Notes under the pieces: generated by a model
What the model was told of the DNA's origin: nothing
Seen by the model: only the letters and a program-made list of their open reading frames with translations
Databases searched by the model: none
Made by a program: the position numbers and the translations under genes
DNA from: Cyanophora paradoxa CCMP329
Lineage: Eukaryota; Plantae; Glaucophyta
NCBI GenBank assembly: GCA_004431415.1
Contig: QPMI01000395.1
Location: 372,001-436,000, forward strand
DNA length: 64,000 nucleotides
Reading direction: 5' to 3'
In this document: piece after piece, positions 23,493 through 36,500 of the stretch
How positions within the stretch are numbered: position 1 is the stretch's first letter
How the letters are laid out: each line of letters begins with the position of its first letter

Positions 23493-26400
23493 TAAGGTAC
23501 TCCAGTTTGCGGACGATACTGTTCCTTTAATCTCTTCTTTTGCCGAGCTACCCTTTTGGAAAGAGTGCTTTGACAAATATTGCCGGCTGTCTGGCGCCCT
23601 TATTAATCTCGACAAATCTAACCTTCTTCCGCTCCGCGATATTCCTGCGGACGCGTGGCCTAGCGTCGAGGACTGTCCCTGGCGGCGTCTCCAGGTGACG
23701 GATCTCCCTCCCGCTGAGAAAATCCGCAAGTACCTGGGCTTTCCACTTGAGCCCGATCTGGCTCGCTTCTGGCGTAAGAAATATGCTGCTCTTGATATCC
23801 GTGTGCAGCAAGCAAAAACCTATCACATGCCGATGCGCTCCGGCGTGCTTCTTGCATGGGCAGTCTTTATTGGATCCCTTCATTATGCTCTGTATTTGCT
23901 TGACCCCCCTGATGCCCAGTATTCTGCGTGGCAAGACAAGCTTCGGTCTTTCGCCGGCGTGAGCGGGCAACTTTCGAAGTATATTTCTCCTCTGCCGTGG
24001 CGTCAAGGTGGTCTTAACTGCCCTGATATTCGTGCTTTTTCTCTGTCGCTAAAAATGAAGTGGGTGGCCTTGTTGGCTGACCCGTCCTGCTCGGCTCCTT
24101 GGAAGGAGTACCTCTTGAGCAAACTGGACGCTCAGCTGGCGCCCTTTTCCTACGGCCCCGCCCTTATCTCGCTTCGTCTCCCACTTGACGGTCTTGACTT
24201 GCCTTCTATTTGGAAGCAGGCTTTCTCGGAGTGGTCTCAGCGCCAGGGCGTGTGTCAGCCTCATACCTCGCTCGAAGTTTTATCCCAACCTCTTTTCTTT
24301 AATCCCCTGTTCGATGCTCCGGGTGCCAAGGTCGACTGGAGTCGTTGTGCACGGTCTGGTTTGCTGCGGGTCTGCGATATCTGGGATTGTACCACCCGGG
24401 GATTCCGGGCTCCAGCAGCTGCCTCGTCCGCCCTCCATTCCTTTTTCCCTCGTCTGTGCTCCGCGCTTCCGGCAGCATGGCGCCAGGTCCTCGAGGTCCC
24501 TGCCTCGCCACCTCAGCATCTCTGGTGGTCTGGACCGGACGCCTCGGTTGCTCTCCTTCGGGGCCCGAGCGGTACTTTTGTCGCCTTCCCCGTTCGCGAT
24601 AACCAGATAATTCCACGGGTGCTGGATTACGTGCCGCGTGTTTCTTGCTGCCCTGCGGCTTCCCACCCTGTGGGCCTATCCTATAATTCAATTCTGTCTC
24701 GTTTGCTTCCGCTGCACGTTTGCTTTAGCGCTGTCTTTCTCTCTCTACGTCGCGGAACCCTGCCCGGTCTTTTCATTCTAGGAGCAGGCCCCTCTGCCTT
24801 CCTTTCTCTTGATAATCTTGCGTTCACATTTGCTCGTATGCTCCCTCTCCGCCTCTCATCTGTTCGTCGCTTCTACTGCCTTGAGGTCCAGCGGCTTCGC
24901 GATGTGTCTAGCCACGCTCAGATGCCCGATGCTAAATGGGGGTTTCCCGGCGCCTTGTCTCCGTCCCGTCTTCCTAATCTTGTCGTCCTTCAGTGTTTCC
25001 CTATGCTTTGGATCGATGCTCTTTACCGTTTGCATTTCAAATTGTATCGTTTGCAATTGGGCGAGCAACAGTCGCCCCGCCGTCGTTTCTGTCGGGGTTG
25101 TAATGACGGATCTGCTCGCTCTCACGCGCACGTTTTCTCTGAGTGCCCGCTTTCTCGTTCGTTCTGGGATTTCATTCGTGAGCGCCTGAATCTCTGGGCT
25201 TCTACTCTTCCACCGGATGAGCGTGAAGAGGTCGCAGTGCCTGACCTCTCTCTCTTCCACATCCTCTCGGTTCCGGATTTATCTGGGCCCATTTTGCGCA
25301 GTAAAGTTAACCCCGCCTTCTGCCTTCGCTGGCGAAAGTTAACCCACTTGGAGCGATCCTTGCTGGCGTATTTTCCATCCAACAGGTTGCTCGCGCTCGG
25401 TGCGATCTTGAGGAGGCTGACATTGATGCACCTTCTTACAACCGCGCCGCGCTTGTTGCCGCCTGGGACAGAAATATGTCGTACCTAGAGTTCACCATCC
25501 CGCAGGCTTCGGCCTTGTTGGAGGAGCGGCGCGCTCGCTTGGCTGCTGCTGACGCTGATGATCAGGCTGCCGGCGCCTCGGACGATGACGCACATGATTC
25601 AGAGTCAGAAGAAGGAGCGCCGGAGCTGATTCTGACTCGCCCGGCGCTCCTTCTTCGGGCGGTGCTGACAACCTCGTCTCTTCGCGTGACATCGATTCTG
25701 TCCTCCGGAATCCTGCGGAGTTTGCCGTTCGTGGGAATGTCCCGTTGGGGATCCCTGGTGGTCGCCCGCCTCCTGCGCCGTCCCCTCCTGCTCTGGCCCC
25801 TGTAGTGACCCTTGGGCCCGTTCCTATTCCTGCTCTCGCTGCCCCTCTCGACGCTCCTTTTCCCCCATTCCCTGCGGTCCCGATCCCTGTGCTCCTTGGC
25901 CCGCTGGCCCCGCCTCTACCTCCTCCCTCCTTACAACTTGCTGTCACGGGGCCTCTTCACTTGCCTGTTCCCCGGCAGGTCCCTGGTCATCTTGCAGCTC
26001 CGTACCCCTTCTTACCTCTTCCCCTTGCTCCTCCACTTCCGCCCCCGCGCGGCCCTCTTTCTGACGTCCTCCTGGTCCAGCCCCCTCTTCAGCCCATCCT
26101 TCTGGCCCCCGCTTCTGCAACTGTGACGCCGGGCGGCACTATCTTTTTGCATGCCCCTCCCGCCACTACGTCCCCAGTCTCTTTGCGTCTGCATCCACTT
26201 TCCCGGGTCCGCTTGCAGGCCCCCTCGCCTCCAGAGCTCGCCATCACTTCGGCCTCCCTCGCCTCCGCTCTCGATTCTCCATACCCTTTGAATAGCCGCC
26301 TTCTCTCTCCTCCTCCGCCCTCCCTCCCCCCCTCGAGCTCCGGGTCCACGGCCTCTGCCCCGCTTCCGAGTGTTGGCGAGACTGTCCTCTTTTCGGTCTC

Positions 26401-28519
26401 CCCGTCATTCCGGCTCCCTGCTCCCCCTTCGGCCCCTCGGGTCCCATCTGCGGGTCCTATCCCGCTTCCTGGCACTCGTGAGATTCGCCGCCGGCGCCCT
26501 CGTCGGGCCTTTGCGCCCTCGAGCTTGTCTCTCTTTGCGCCGCCCATGACTCCCATGTCATCTGATCCGGCGCCACCCGACCTTTCTCCTGCTTCGCTGC
26601 CCTCTCTTCGGCGCCGGCAGCGATCCCCGTCACCTGCTCGCGGCCCTTCCCCTGCCTCCGACCCTTCCTCGGCTCCCTCCTCGCCTCTTCCGTCTCGTCG
26701 GCCTCCCCCGCGTTCCCGTCGGCGGATCTCTCGCTCGACCCTGGACTCTCCGCCTGCCACTATCTGCGGGGTACCTCCGCCGCCGTGTTCGGCGCCGGCT
26801 GTCAGTACTTTGCTCGGTAGCTCCCCCGTCGTGGCTCCTCGGGGGCCTCTTCGTCGTCGTCGTTCGCTGGGTTCCGGCTCCGGGTCAGATTTCTCGCCGG
26901 GCTTACCTTCTCCTGGCTCTGCTCCTGGGCCCTCAGCTCCGGGACCGGCTTCCCCGATCTCCTCCCGGACTCGTGGTCGTACCCGTCGCCGGCTTGCCGA
27001 GCCTGCGTCTCCTTCTACTTCCCTCCGGCGGTTTGCCGGGCTGGACCCTCCGGCCTTTGTTCTTGATACCGGACTGCCGCCTTTGCCTTCGTCTTCTGCT
27101 TCGCTGGTCGTATCCCGCCGGCGCCGGCGTACTTCGTCTTCTAGTTTAGTTCGGTCTGGTTCGGATTCTGATCGTAGTGTTGATGCTAGAGTTAGTTTCA
27201 CTACTAGCTATAGTCCTCGTGCTCGACCTGTTGTTCGCCGTCGTTTGCAGTTCGACTGCCCGCCTCGACCCCGGCCGGCTTTAGTGATTCCTTTGACTGT
27301 CCTTTTGCCTGCTCTTGATCCTCCTGCTCCGCCTCCTGTGTCCTCCTCGACCTCGTGCCGTAGCTCTGCCCTTTCGCATCGTCCTGCTTCGCCTCCGCCT
27401 CCATGTCGTCTTGTTGTTCCTCTTACTTGTCTGCTTCCTGTTATTTATCTTTCTCAATTTTGTCCTCCGCTTCTTAGTGATGTAATTCCTTCCGATCTTG
27501 ATGGTCTCTCTAGCTCTGGCTCTTCTTCGTGTCAGTCATCCTCTGTCCCTAGATCTGCTCGCTTTATCGTCTCTTCTCGATCTGTCTCGAGCTCTGTGTC
27601 TTTTCTTTATTATTGTCGATTTTGGCTCTTTGTCTTATCTTTCTTCGTGCTCTTGTCTTAGTTCTTTTGCTTTTTTGTCTTTATGCCCCCTGGGCAGCCC
27701 CCGCAGTGCTGGTGTCTAGAGACTGTGGCCGGTAATTCACCAAAAAAAAAGCCGGCCAACTTTGGCAATGTTAATGACCTGTGCATGCGCATGCGCATGC
27801 CACATTTAGTTTGATCAGCCCCCGCTGGAGCTCGAGCTCGAGTGTGGTTTGAGTTTGATATATTTCACCTTTGAAATTCGAATCGAATATATTAATTCTC
27901 GACTCGGCGACGTTGACACCCTCTCAAGCAAGTCAACATTCCGCTGTTTCGCGCTTCAAGCTGTTTTCGGGGCCGTGGATGCATACTAACGCATTCTCAT
28001 CGACTCGCTGCCAGGAAAGTGCTAACCAGGACATGTGGGGAAGACGCGGGACGGTGCTTATATAAATGCTCCATGGCCATGGCCATGGCCAGCAATATTA
28101 ATGACCTGTCCACATTTGACTTGATTTGCCCCCACTCGGCATATCTTATTTCGCCTTCGAATATCGAATTCTCCATTCGGCGACGTTGGCACCCTCTTGA
28201 AGTCAGCTCGCGCGCGCACGACATTATCCGTAATATATTTCTCAAAATCGGACACGTGTACCACGCTAGCACTATCGCAAGCACAGGCGAAATTGATCAT
28301 GAATCGAATTGAAACAAAGACGTCGACCCATAGGAGCATTCGCTAAGCATAACGATCAGCACGCCAAGCAAAAGTAGAAATAGGTGAAAAGTACTTTGAT
28401 ATCGATTACACAAAGTGCACGCGCACCCAGGTGCGAACTAGTATATTATAATTATGTGTTTTGTGATAGTCTGCTATATCTTTGATTTGTGATTACTTTG
28501 TTATCCTTAATATCACTAC

Positions 28520-31500
28520 CTACGTATACTGGGGGCTCGCCCCACTGTAGTCTCTCTCAAAAAAAGCTGCGAAAAAGTCTAAAAAATAGGAAAAAGGAAC
28601 GTTAACGTGGACTCGACATATATATTTCGGTATCGGTCTTGGGAGGCTCGGACGGCGCCTGCTGCTCCTGCGCGTGCGCCGGCGCCGCGGGGGCGGCAAA
28701 GGGGACGTAGGGGGCGGCAAAGGGGACGGAGGGGGCGCCGGCCCCCCGGGCCCGGCCCCGGTGAAGGAGGAACCGGGCAAACGCCGATAGCGAGGGCGGG
28801 GCGGCGGCGGCAGCGGCGGCGGCGGCGGCGGCGGCGGCGCGGCGGCGGCGGCCGCGCGGGTCTCCTGCAGGGCCCGCGAGGCGCGCCGCACCCGCGGGTG
28901 CTCGGGGGGAAAATGCAGGGCGAACCTGCCGAAGGACCGAAGGGAGGGTCGCTGAGGACAGGCCACGCGAAGCAAGACTATAGCTAGTACTCCTGAGCGG
29001 AGCGGCTTCGATCCCTTAGATCTAGGGCTCTTCGTTCCTTCTCACAGGGGATGAAAATCGCGGAGACGAACTAGGCGCGAAGCTCCCGCTAGAGATCAAA
29101 TCAAACGCACCGGCCGCAGTAGATCGCGAGGGCCGCTCCGTAGTGCTCCGCCGCCTGAGCGGGGCGGCCTGCGGGGGGCGCGAGACCCGGTGACCGCCGA
29201 GCAACCTTAAGCTTTGGAATCTAATAATTTAGCGCAGGGTAAGCTTCCTAGTGGCGCTGGAGGCGCTCATATGAGGACGGGGAGGGGGCCGGGGGGAGGG
29301 GACAATTGCAAGGGGAGGGAGGGGGGTACGCGCCCATCTCGGCGAAGGTCTCGGCGCGGTGGAAGTGGACATGCGCCGAAAGGGGCGACTCGCCTCCCGG
29401 GTCCGCCTTCTGCGCTCGCGTCTAAATATAGAGTGCCCCTAGGTTCCGCTTTCTGCTCATGATCAACAGTCCAGAAATAGTCTATAATCAAGCTTCTAGA
29501 GGCCTGTATAACTTTGAGCCAGCTGCAGATTCGAAGGCTTGGAAACGGAACTAAGGCAGGCGATGCGGGGGACGACCGCTTATAATTATGAGCTAGATCT
29601 AGGTCACGCGCATGAAATAGATAGGTCGGGCGAGGCCCCCCCCTCTAGGACTAGCTGGAGGACGAGCTAAGGTAAGCTTGCAAGTTTAATTAAGCTTGGA
29701 GGCTTGGAAGCTTGATTATATATGAGCAGACAAGAACGAGAACACCGACCGAGGCGAAGCGGGCGATGACGGCGAGTCCCCGGGAGCGTGCGGCCGCCGA
29801 GACCCGCACCTTCGCCGCGTGCACCTGCGCGGGGGGGGGAGGCTCGAGGGGGGGCTGGCTGATCATGAGCGCGCCCCGCCGCCCAGATTACCGCGTCCTC
29901 GCCTCCACACCCCCCCCCACCCCCCCCCCCCCGCCCCCAGCACGCCCCTCCCGACCCTCCGCTCCCGCGTCCTGAACTAGAGGGTGGAAGAGGGGGAGAA
30001 TGTTGGGAGCTAGGTCCCTCGCGGGCGTGGCGGGGGCCGTATACGTAGTAGCTAGGCGAGCTTCCGTTCTCGAGGCGGCCGCGGCGGCGCCCCCCGCTCT
30101 CTCGCTAGCTTGCGCGCAAGTGGGGGGGAGAGGGGGGTACGCGCGAGCAGGTTGGGCACGAAGTCGACGTCGGGGAGGGAAGGGTCCCCCAGGGCAGCGA
30201 GGGCGCGCAGGGCGCGCAGCCAGGCCGTCGTCGCGGCGCGCAGCCGCCCCCCGAAGACCAGGTTCTGCCGGGCCGGGGCGGGGCGGGGCGGGGCGGGGCG
30301 GTACGGCGTCAACGAAATTTAACGTTAACATTGATATTTAGCTGGCTAGCTACAGATCTAGATCCAGGTTTGGATGCAAGCGCGCCCAAAGCTGAGCTGC
30401 GACGGGGAGAGTACTAGTGCGCCGGACTGCAAGCGAGCTTAAACTTCGCTCGCACCTGGGCGTATACGGAGAGCGCGCGAATCTGCGCCAGGCTGCAGGG
30501 CGGAGGAGGCGGTGAGGGCGGTAGATCGAGTCGCTGAGCGGCTTCGCGCGCGCGCACACACACATACGTAGGGGGGGGGGCCGAGGCAGGCCCTTCAGAT
30601 CTAAATTAATACAGCCTATATATTATATTATACATCTAGATCTTATATTAGATCTCTTGGTCTTCGATCCGGATCGAGTCGCTCAGCGGCTCAGCGAGGG
30701 CGCGCGCACACGTAGGGGGACCCGAGGCCCTCGACGAGCGCGAGGGCCTCGCGGGAGAGCGCCGTCGCCCTCGCGATCTCCCGCCGCGCCCGAAGCGACG
30801 CCACTGCGCCCGGCGGTGGGGGAGGGGGAGGGGGGGGGGGGGGCGGGGGGGGGGGGGGAGGCGGTGGGGAGAGACTGGAACTCGAATTCGAAGGAGCGGC
30901 GAGCTCAAGGGCGCCGGGGGAGGAAAGCTGGGGGGGTAGGGGGAGAGAGAGGATTCGAATCGCTAATTCGACGTACCCTGGACGTGGAGGACAAGGTACT
31001 GAGAGTAGCGGGCCGCGACGCTGCTTCCCGCCAGGGCGTATGCCTTCGAAGCGACTGGGGGAGAGATCAGATTAGATTAGATCAGAACAGATCAGATCGA
31101 TCTGAAGCGCACTGTGTTGGCCCATCGCCGGCGATAGATCTAGATAGGCGACTGCAAGAGTAAGAGGTAGGAACGAGTGAGTTCTTCGGGGGTACGGTGC
31201 GCTCAAAGAGATGTGGGTTGGGGGGGTACAGTGGAGGTCGGCGAGGGCGGGGATGAGGGCGGCCTCCAGGGGGCCTGGGGTCAGCTGCCGCTTCACCAGC
31301 TCCGCCCACGCCTGCGGGGAGAGGGGGTACCGGTTACGCTCAGCAATCTCACTGGTCTGGGGCGGGGTACGCTTGCCTCGAAGTACATCCCAAAAGCCTC
31401 ATCGGCCTTGTCGAACTGTTGGGGGGGGGGGGGGGGGGGGGGGGGGGGCCTTCCGTCAGATGCTGCCGGAGGGGGAGGGGGAAGGAGGGGTACCCGATCG

Positions 31501-33354
31501 AAGGCCATCGCGCAGAAGAGGAGGGCCTTGGGGCGGAGGGTACCCGGCGCGGCACCCAACTCCCCCCCAAGCAGCTGTACCCGCCCCACGAGCTGGAAAG
31601 AGGGATAGGAGAGTGAGTTAGGGGTAGAGCGAATATCCTTGGGAAGGGGAAGGGGGGGTACCCTGGAGCAGAGGTCCCAGTCGAGAGCAAAAAGATCGTG
31701 AGCGGTTCGAGGAGCCTCCGTCGTACCCAGCTGGTAACGAGGTCGAGGTCAAAGACTGTGGGGGGAGGGATTCTCAAGGGGGGGTACCAGGAGGAGGGCG
31801 GTGGCGTGATCGACAGCGGTTTCGGCTGCGGCGGGCGTCCAGCCGTCTGGGGGGGACTGCTGCAGCGCCGCAACCAGCGCCTGCAGTACCCCCCTCGCCT
31901 GTAGCGCGGGTTAACGAGGTAAGGATGAAGAGCTTTTAACCATGTGGTGAGGTAAGGGGACGCACGAGCTGGGGGTACCCCGAGAATCGGATGGAGGCCA
32001 GCATGCGGCGGGCGCGGAGGCGCCCCCCGGGGGTGGCGAAGAGGGGGGTACCCAGCAGACGGGCGTCCGAGAGGGCCTGGCGCGAGGGGGGGGGGAGACT
32101 TGAGGATTGGCGGAGTACAGGCGCGAGGCAGACGGGGTGCTCATGATCACCTGGGCGAGGGAAGACGCCAGCTCGGGGGTACGCGGCTGCTCAGCGGTGG
32201 GCGCCCTGCGCTCTCGTTCTCAGTTTACGCGCATCACGCGACGCGCGAAGGGGCGCGGGCCGCACGGCTGCTGCTGCTGCTGCTGCTGCCCCGGGGCGCT
32301 CGGGAGGATCGCCTCTAGCCGCGAGGCGAGCGCGTCGAGATCGGTTTCGACTTCCGCCGCCGCGCCACCGCTGGGGAAGAGGTACGGGGGAGGGGCCTGC
32401 GGGGGGTTTGAGAGGGAGCGAGGGGAAAGGGGGTACGGCGTTGCGCGCACGGGCTGGCGCGTGAAGGGGCCTACGGCCGCGGCCGCGGCCGCCGGCTGGG
32501 CGCTTAGGCCTGGGTCGAGGAGTGGGGGCGCCGGGGCCGGGGCAGGAATCGGGGGGGAGCTCGAAAGGTTGTCGCCGGCGACGGCGGGGGGTACGAACGC
32601 GGGCGCGGGCGGAGAGGCGACGCGCGCGCCCTCCGGCTCGCCAGCTGCAGCGACGTCCCTCAGGACGGCCGCCGTGTCCTCCTCGAGCTTTGCGTCGGCC
32701 AGCATGTCGACCATGACGCCGAAGTGCGATTCGGGGAGCGGCCTATCGCCGAAGAAAGGGCCGTGCGGCCGGCCCGTAAGCTGCGCATGCGCATCCGGAT
32801 CTGGATCCAGAGCTTCGTCCGACCATGCCTCCGCCCGCGCGCTCCTCGTCTCTTCGGAGCAACTGCCCGGTCGCCGCGCCTCTTCCTCGTAACGCCGGAG
32901 CTTCGCGGGCGGCGTCGCGGGATCCTCGAGGCCGTCTGCGCATGCGGGAGACCGGGGTCGCAGCCCGGGCTTAGAAAGGCAGAGAGGAACAAGTGCGCAG
33001 CTGAGCTGTGCACCATCCGCGGCGCCCGGGTGGATGCGTGTCATGCTGGACCCGCACGCGCTCGCGCTGGCCGCGCCAGCGATATCAATTCAGGTCGCTC
33101 GCATTGCTGCTTGCAGCTCAGCTTGCTTGCGCCGAAGCCAGCTGCAGGTTGCCGGCGGGAACTTACGCTTCACACCCGCTTCGTTGCAGTGTACCCGCAA
33201 AGCAGCCGCACCTGTACCCAGCACGCGCGCAAAAGTTGAGCACAACACGGCCTATCCGGCACAATCTGCAAGCCGGAAAAGAGTAGCACCTGCGCCCCTG
33301 TCTCTCGCAGCGACGAGCCCAGCTTCAACTTGCAAGCCCGCGTGCCCGCTGCAT
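28520..33354 (-). CDS. Multi-exon host gene, helical/TPR-like protein; exon boundaries and ends approximate
   Basis: Short exons between C-rich introns: FDKADEAFGMYFE, VASKAYALAGSSVAARYSQYLVLHVQ, NLVFGGRLRAATTAWLRAL, AHVHFHRAETFAEMG, AAEHYGAALAIY, FPPEHPRV (kinesin-light-chain-type TPR wording). Candidate ATG at 33354. Confidence 0.55.
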
Positions 33355-33578
33355 CGCCCACTGTAGCGCGGAGAATCGCGACGCATTCAACAATTAGAAG
33401 TGCCCGGGACGACGCCACGCCGCCTGCATCTCCGTCTACCCTGCCGGCCTCGACTGGCGCCCCCGAGCAATTGCAAGCGCTGTGACGCTGCAGCACAACA
33501 GGGAATTGAACTCCGCGCTGTGCAGCCTTTAGGGCCCGTCCCAGAGCGCGCCGCCCGGCGGGCGCTTGAGACCGCGCA

Positions 33579-36500
33579 ATGGCGGAAGCGGATGCGTTCG
33601 GCGCTCTGGATCCTGCGGCCGCGGAGGCGCTGCGGGCGATGCAGCAGGCGATGCGGCAGCAGCAGAGCGCGTTCGCGGCCCGGGTCGCGCTGCTCGAGGG
33701 CGCGGTGCAGGACCTGTCGGAGCGCAAGGCCGATGCGGCGAGCGTCGAGTCGATGCAGGAGCGCCTCGCGACGTTCTCGGGCTTCAGCTACCAGCACATG
33801 CTCGAGGCGCTGCGGCAGAAGGACGAGTGGCTAGAGGAGGGAATCTCGCGGCTTGCGGGGTCCATCCACAAGGCCCGCCGCCCTCTGCCCCCCGCCCGCG
33901 CCGCCGCTCCCTCTCTCACGGCGTCCCGCATGCAGCTCGAGGAGCGCAAGGCCGACCGCGCGTCGCTTGCCGCCTTCACTGCCGCCAACAAACACTTTCA
34001 GGATCAAATCAACAAGGCGAGCCGCCCTGCTCCGATCCCTTTCTCCTCGCACGCGCCGCCGCCGCTCAAAGGCCTCCCGCGCGCAGGTCACGGATTTGAT
34101 CTCGTGCAAGATCGACCGGAGCGAGCTGGTTCTGTTCCAGAAGATGCACGACGCGCTCGCGGAAACGCTATCCCACTTCCGATCCCAGGCGCGCCCCTTC
34201 GCGAAGAAGGTTATGAGGTCCCTTCCCGATTCGAACCCGCAGATCGAGGAGCACGCGCGGATGATGCATGAAATGCGGGGCGGCATGTTCGCTCTCGACC
34301 AGGCGAGCTCGGACCCCCCTCCCCCCCTCCCCTCCCCCTTCCCCCCCCCCTTCCCCCCCCTTCCCCCCCCCCCTCCTTCTTTCTGTCCTCAAACCTGGGG
34401 GGGTAGCGGGTCACGGAGGCCGAGTTGCTGGCGTCGGGCATCCACAACCGCATCGCGAACCAGGCGGGCCCCGTACCCCCCCTTCCCCCCCCCCCCGTCC
34501 CCAGGCTGACTCTTCTTTTTTTTCAGGACAACGCTTCGGGCGAGCGCGTCGCCGCGCTGGAGGCTCGCCTCGCGGCCGCGGAGGTACCCCCATGCCCCCG
34601 AACTCTCCCGTACCCCCGCCCAGGGGGGTACGGCAGGCGGAGCTGGCTGGAATCGCTGCCGCGGACCCGTCCCAGATCGCCCGGTGTGAACCTTCCCCGC
34701 ACCTTCCGGGGTGCGGGTACGCGATACGATGGGGAGGGGTACGGGGCGCGCAGGAACCTGGCGGCGCTGGATGAGCGCTTCAAGGAGTTCAAGGTACCCC
34801 CCTGCCCGCAGTCCCCCAACCCCCCGAGGAGGACATGCACGCAGCAGCCCGCCCCAAAGCCGCGCCTTATACGCCCGCACGCATCGCACTCTCACGCGTC
34901 GCCTGTGCACGATGCCGCCTGACAGATCCGGCACGCGGCGGGGGAGGCGGCGGCGGCGGCGTGGCGCGGGGAGCTGGACGGCCTCCGGTCCGAGTGGCTC
35001 ACCGAGGCCTCCATCGCCCCGCTCCGCGCCCAGGCACGTCCCCCCGCCCGCCCCCGCACCCGCCCCCTCACCCGCCTGCCCTCTATCGGCTCTCGACCCG
35101 TCCCCTCTGTTCGCTTTCAAAAGAAGAGGCGCCAGCCCCTCCGCGCCCCCGCATCGCGCCCCGTCGCGATCGCGATGCGGGGTCGTCTAGAATCTTCGGG
35201 GCGGCCCTGCTCGCTCGGCCCTGCCCCTCCACGCTCGGCCCTGCGCGCCGTGTCTGAGCCGTCTAAAATCTTCGCGGCGGCAGGTCTCGGCCTTCGCGCA
35301 CGACCTCGGCATGCTGCACCAGGCCGTCCAGGTGCCCCGTGCCCCGTTCCCCCTCTCTAGGCCCCCCACCCCCCCCGCCCCGCCCCTAGGCCGTCCAGGT
35401 ACCCCGCGCCCCGTGCCCCCTCTCTAGGCCGCCCCCCAGGAAGAACCCCCCCCCCCCCTCCCCCCCCCCTTCTCTAGGCCGTCCGGGTGCCCCTAGCAAC
35501 TTTCTAGGCCGCCTCCCACGAAGCGTCCGGGAGCGCGTCTCCACATTACGCTTCGGTGTTCTCTGGCGCTCGGGTTCCCCTAGAGCCGAGGCCAAAGCTG
35601 AGCGAGGCGCGCGCCGCGCAGGCGGGGGCGACGCTGGCCGTGCCCTCGGGCCACGCCCCCCGCGCCCCCTCGCGCGCCCCTCGCCCTCGCCCTCGCCCGG
35701 GCGGCCGGGCACCCCCTCCGGCGGGTCCGGCACGCACTCGCCGGGGGGCCCCTACTCCCCCGCGCCCTCGCCGGGCCCCGGGGCCGTGCCGCCCCTCTCG
35801 GGGGCGACGGAGGAGGCGGCGCGGGCGGTGGAGGCCCTCGAGCGCCGCCGCCTCGCTCAGGTGCGCGCGGGCGGGCGAAGCACAGGCGCCAGAAGTCCAA
35901 GATGGGCGCTAGATGTATGTCTAAGATGCTTGCATTCACCTCAGGCGCTAGACGTCTAAGATGCTTAAATGTGCCGCTAGATGTCTAAGATTATATGCTT
36001 CGGTGCAGGAAGGCGGGCGAAGCATAGGCGCTAGATGTCCAAGAGGGGGCGCGGGGGGCGTGGCCCGAGGGCAGGCCCTAGACGTCTAAGACGCCCAGGT
36101 GCGGGAAAGCGGGCTGGGGGGCGCGAGCGGGCGACGTCTATTATAAGACAGACATCTAGCACCTTAGACGTCTAGCGCCTGAGCATCTTAGACATCTAGC
36201 GCCTATGTCTTAGGGCCTCGGGCGGCGGGCGGCTGAAGCACAGGCGCTAAGTGTCCAAGATGGGCGCTAGATATATGTCTAAGATGCTAGATGTGCCGCT
36301 AAACGTCTAAGGTGGTGCGGGCGGGCGCTCGGGCGGGCGGGCGGGCGAGATACCGGGTGCTGCTACGAGCTTAGGCGCTGGATGCCTAAGATACTAGGTG
36401 ACGCTTAGATGGCCGCCCGCGTCTGATATTATTTAGACGTGATAGACACGGCGCTCGGATCTCTCTCGATCCTGCCCTCGCGCCGGGTGCAACACCGCCG

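Larger units (their letters stand above)
21846..27750 (+). mobile_element. 5'-truncated L1/Tx1-like LINE (RT, zinc finger, long Pro/Ser tail, poly-A), interrupted at 22530-23492
   Basis: SPGVDG, LDFSKAYDRV, GVRQGGPLSP, then after the insert QFADD, KYLG, GGLN and CRGC...HVFSEC. Ends gtaattcacc plus A-tail at about 27742-27750. Confidence 0.93.

Noticed and set aside
27871-28339. Short ORFs
   Set aside because: No motifs; the region contains an internal ~45-bp duplication and looks non-coding.
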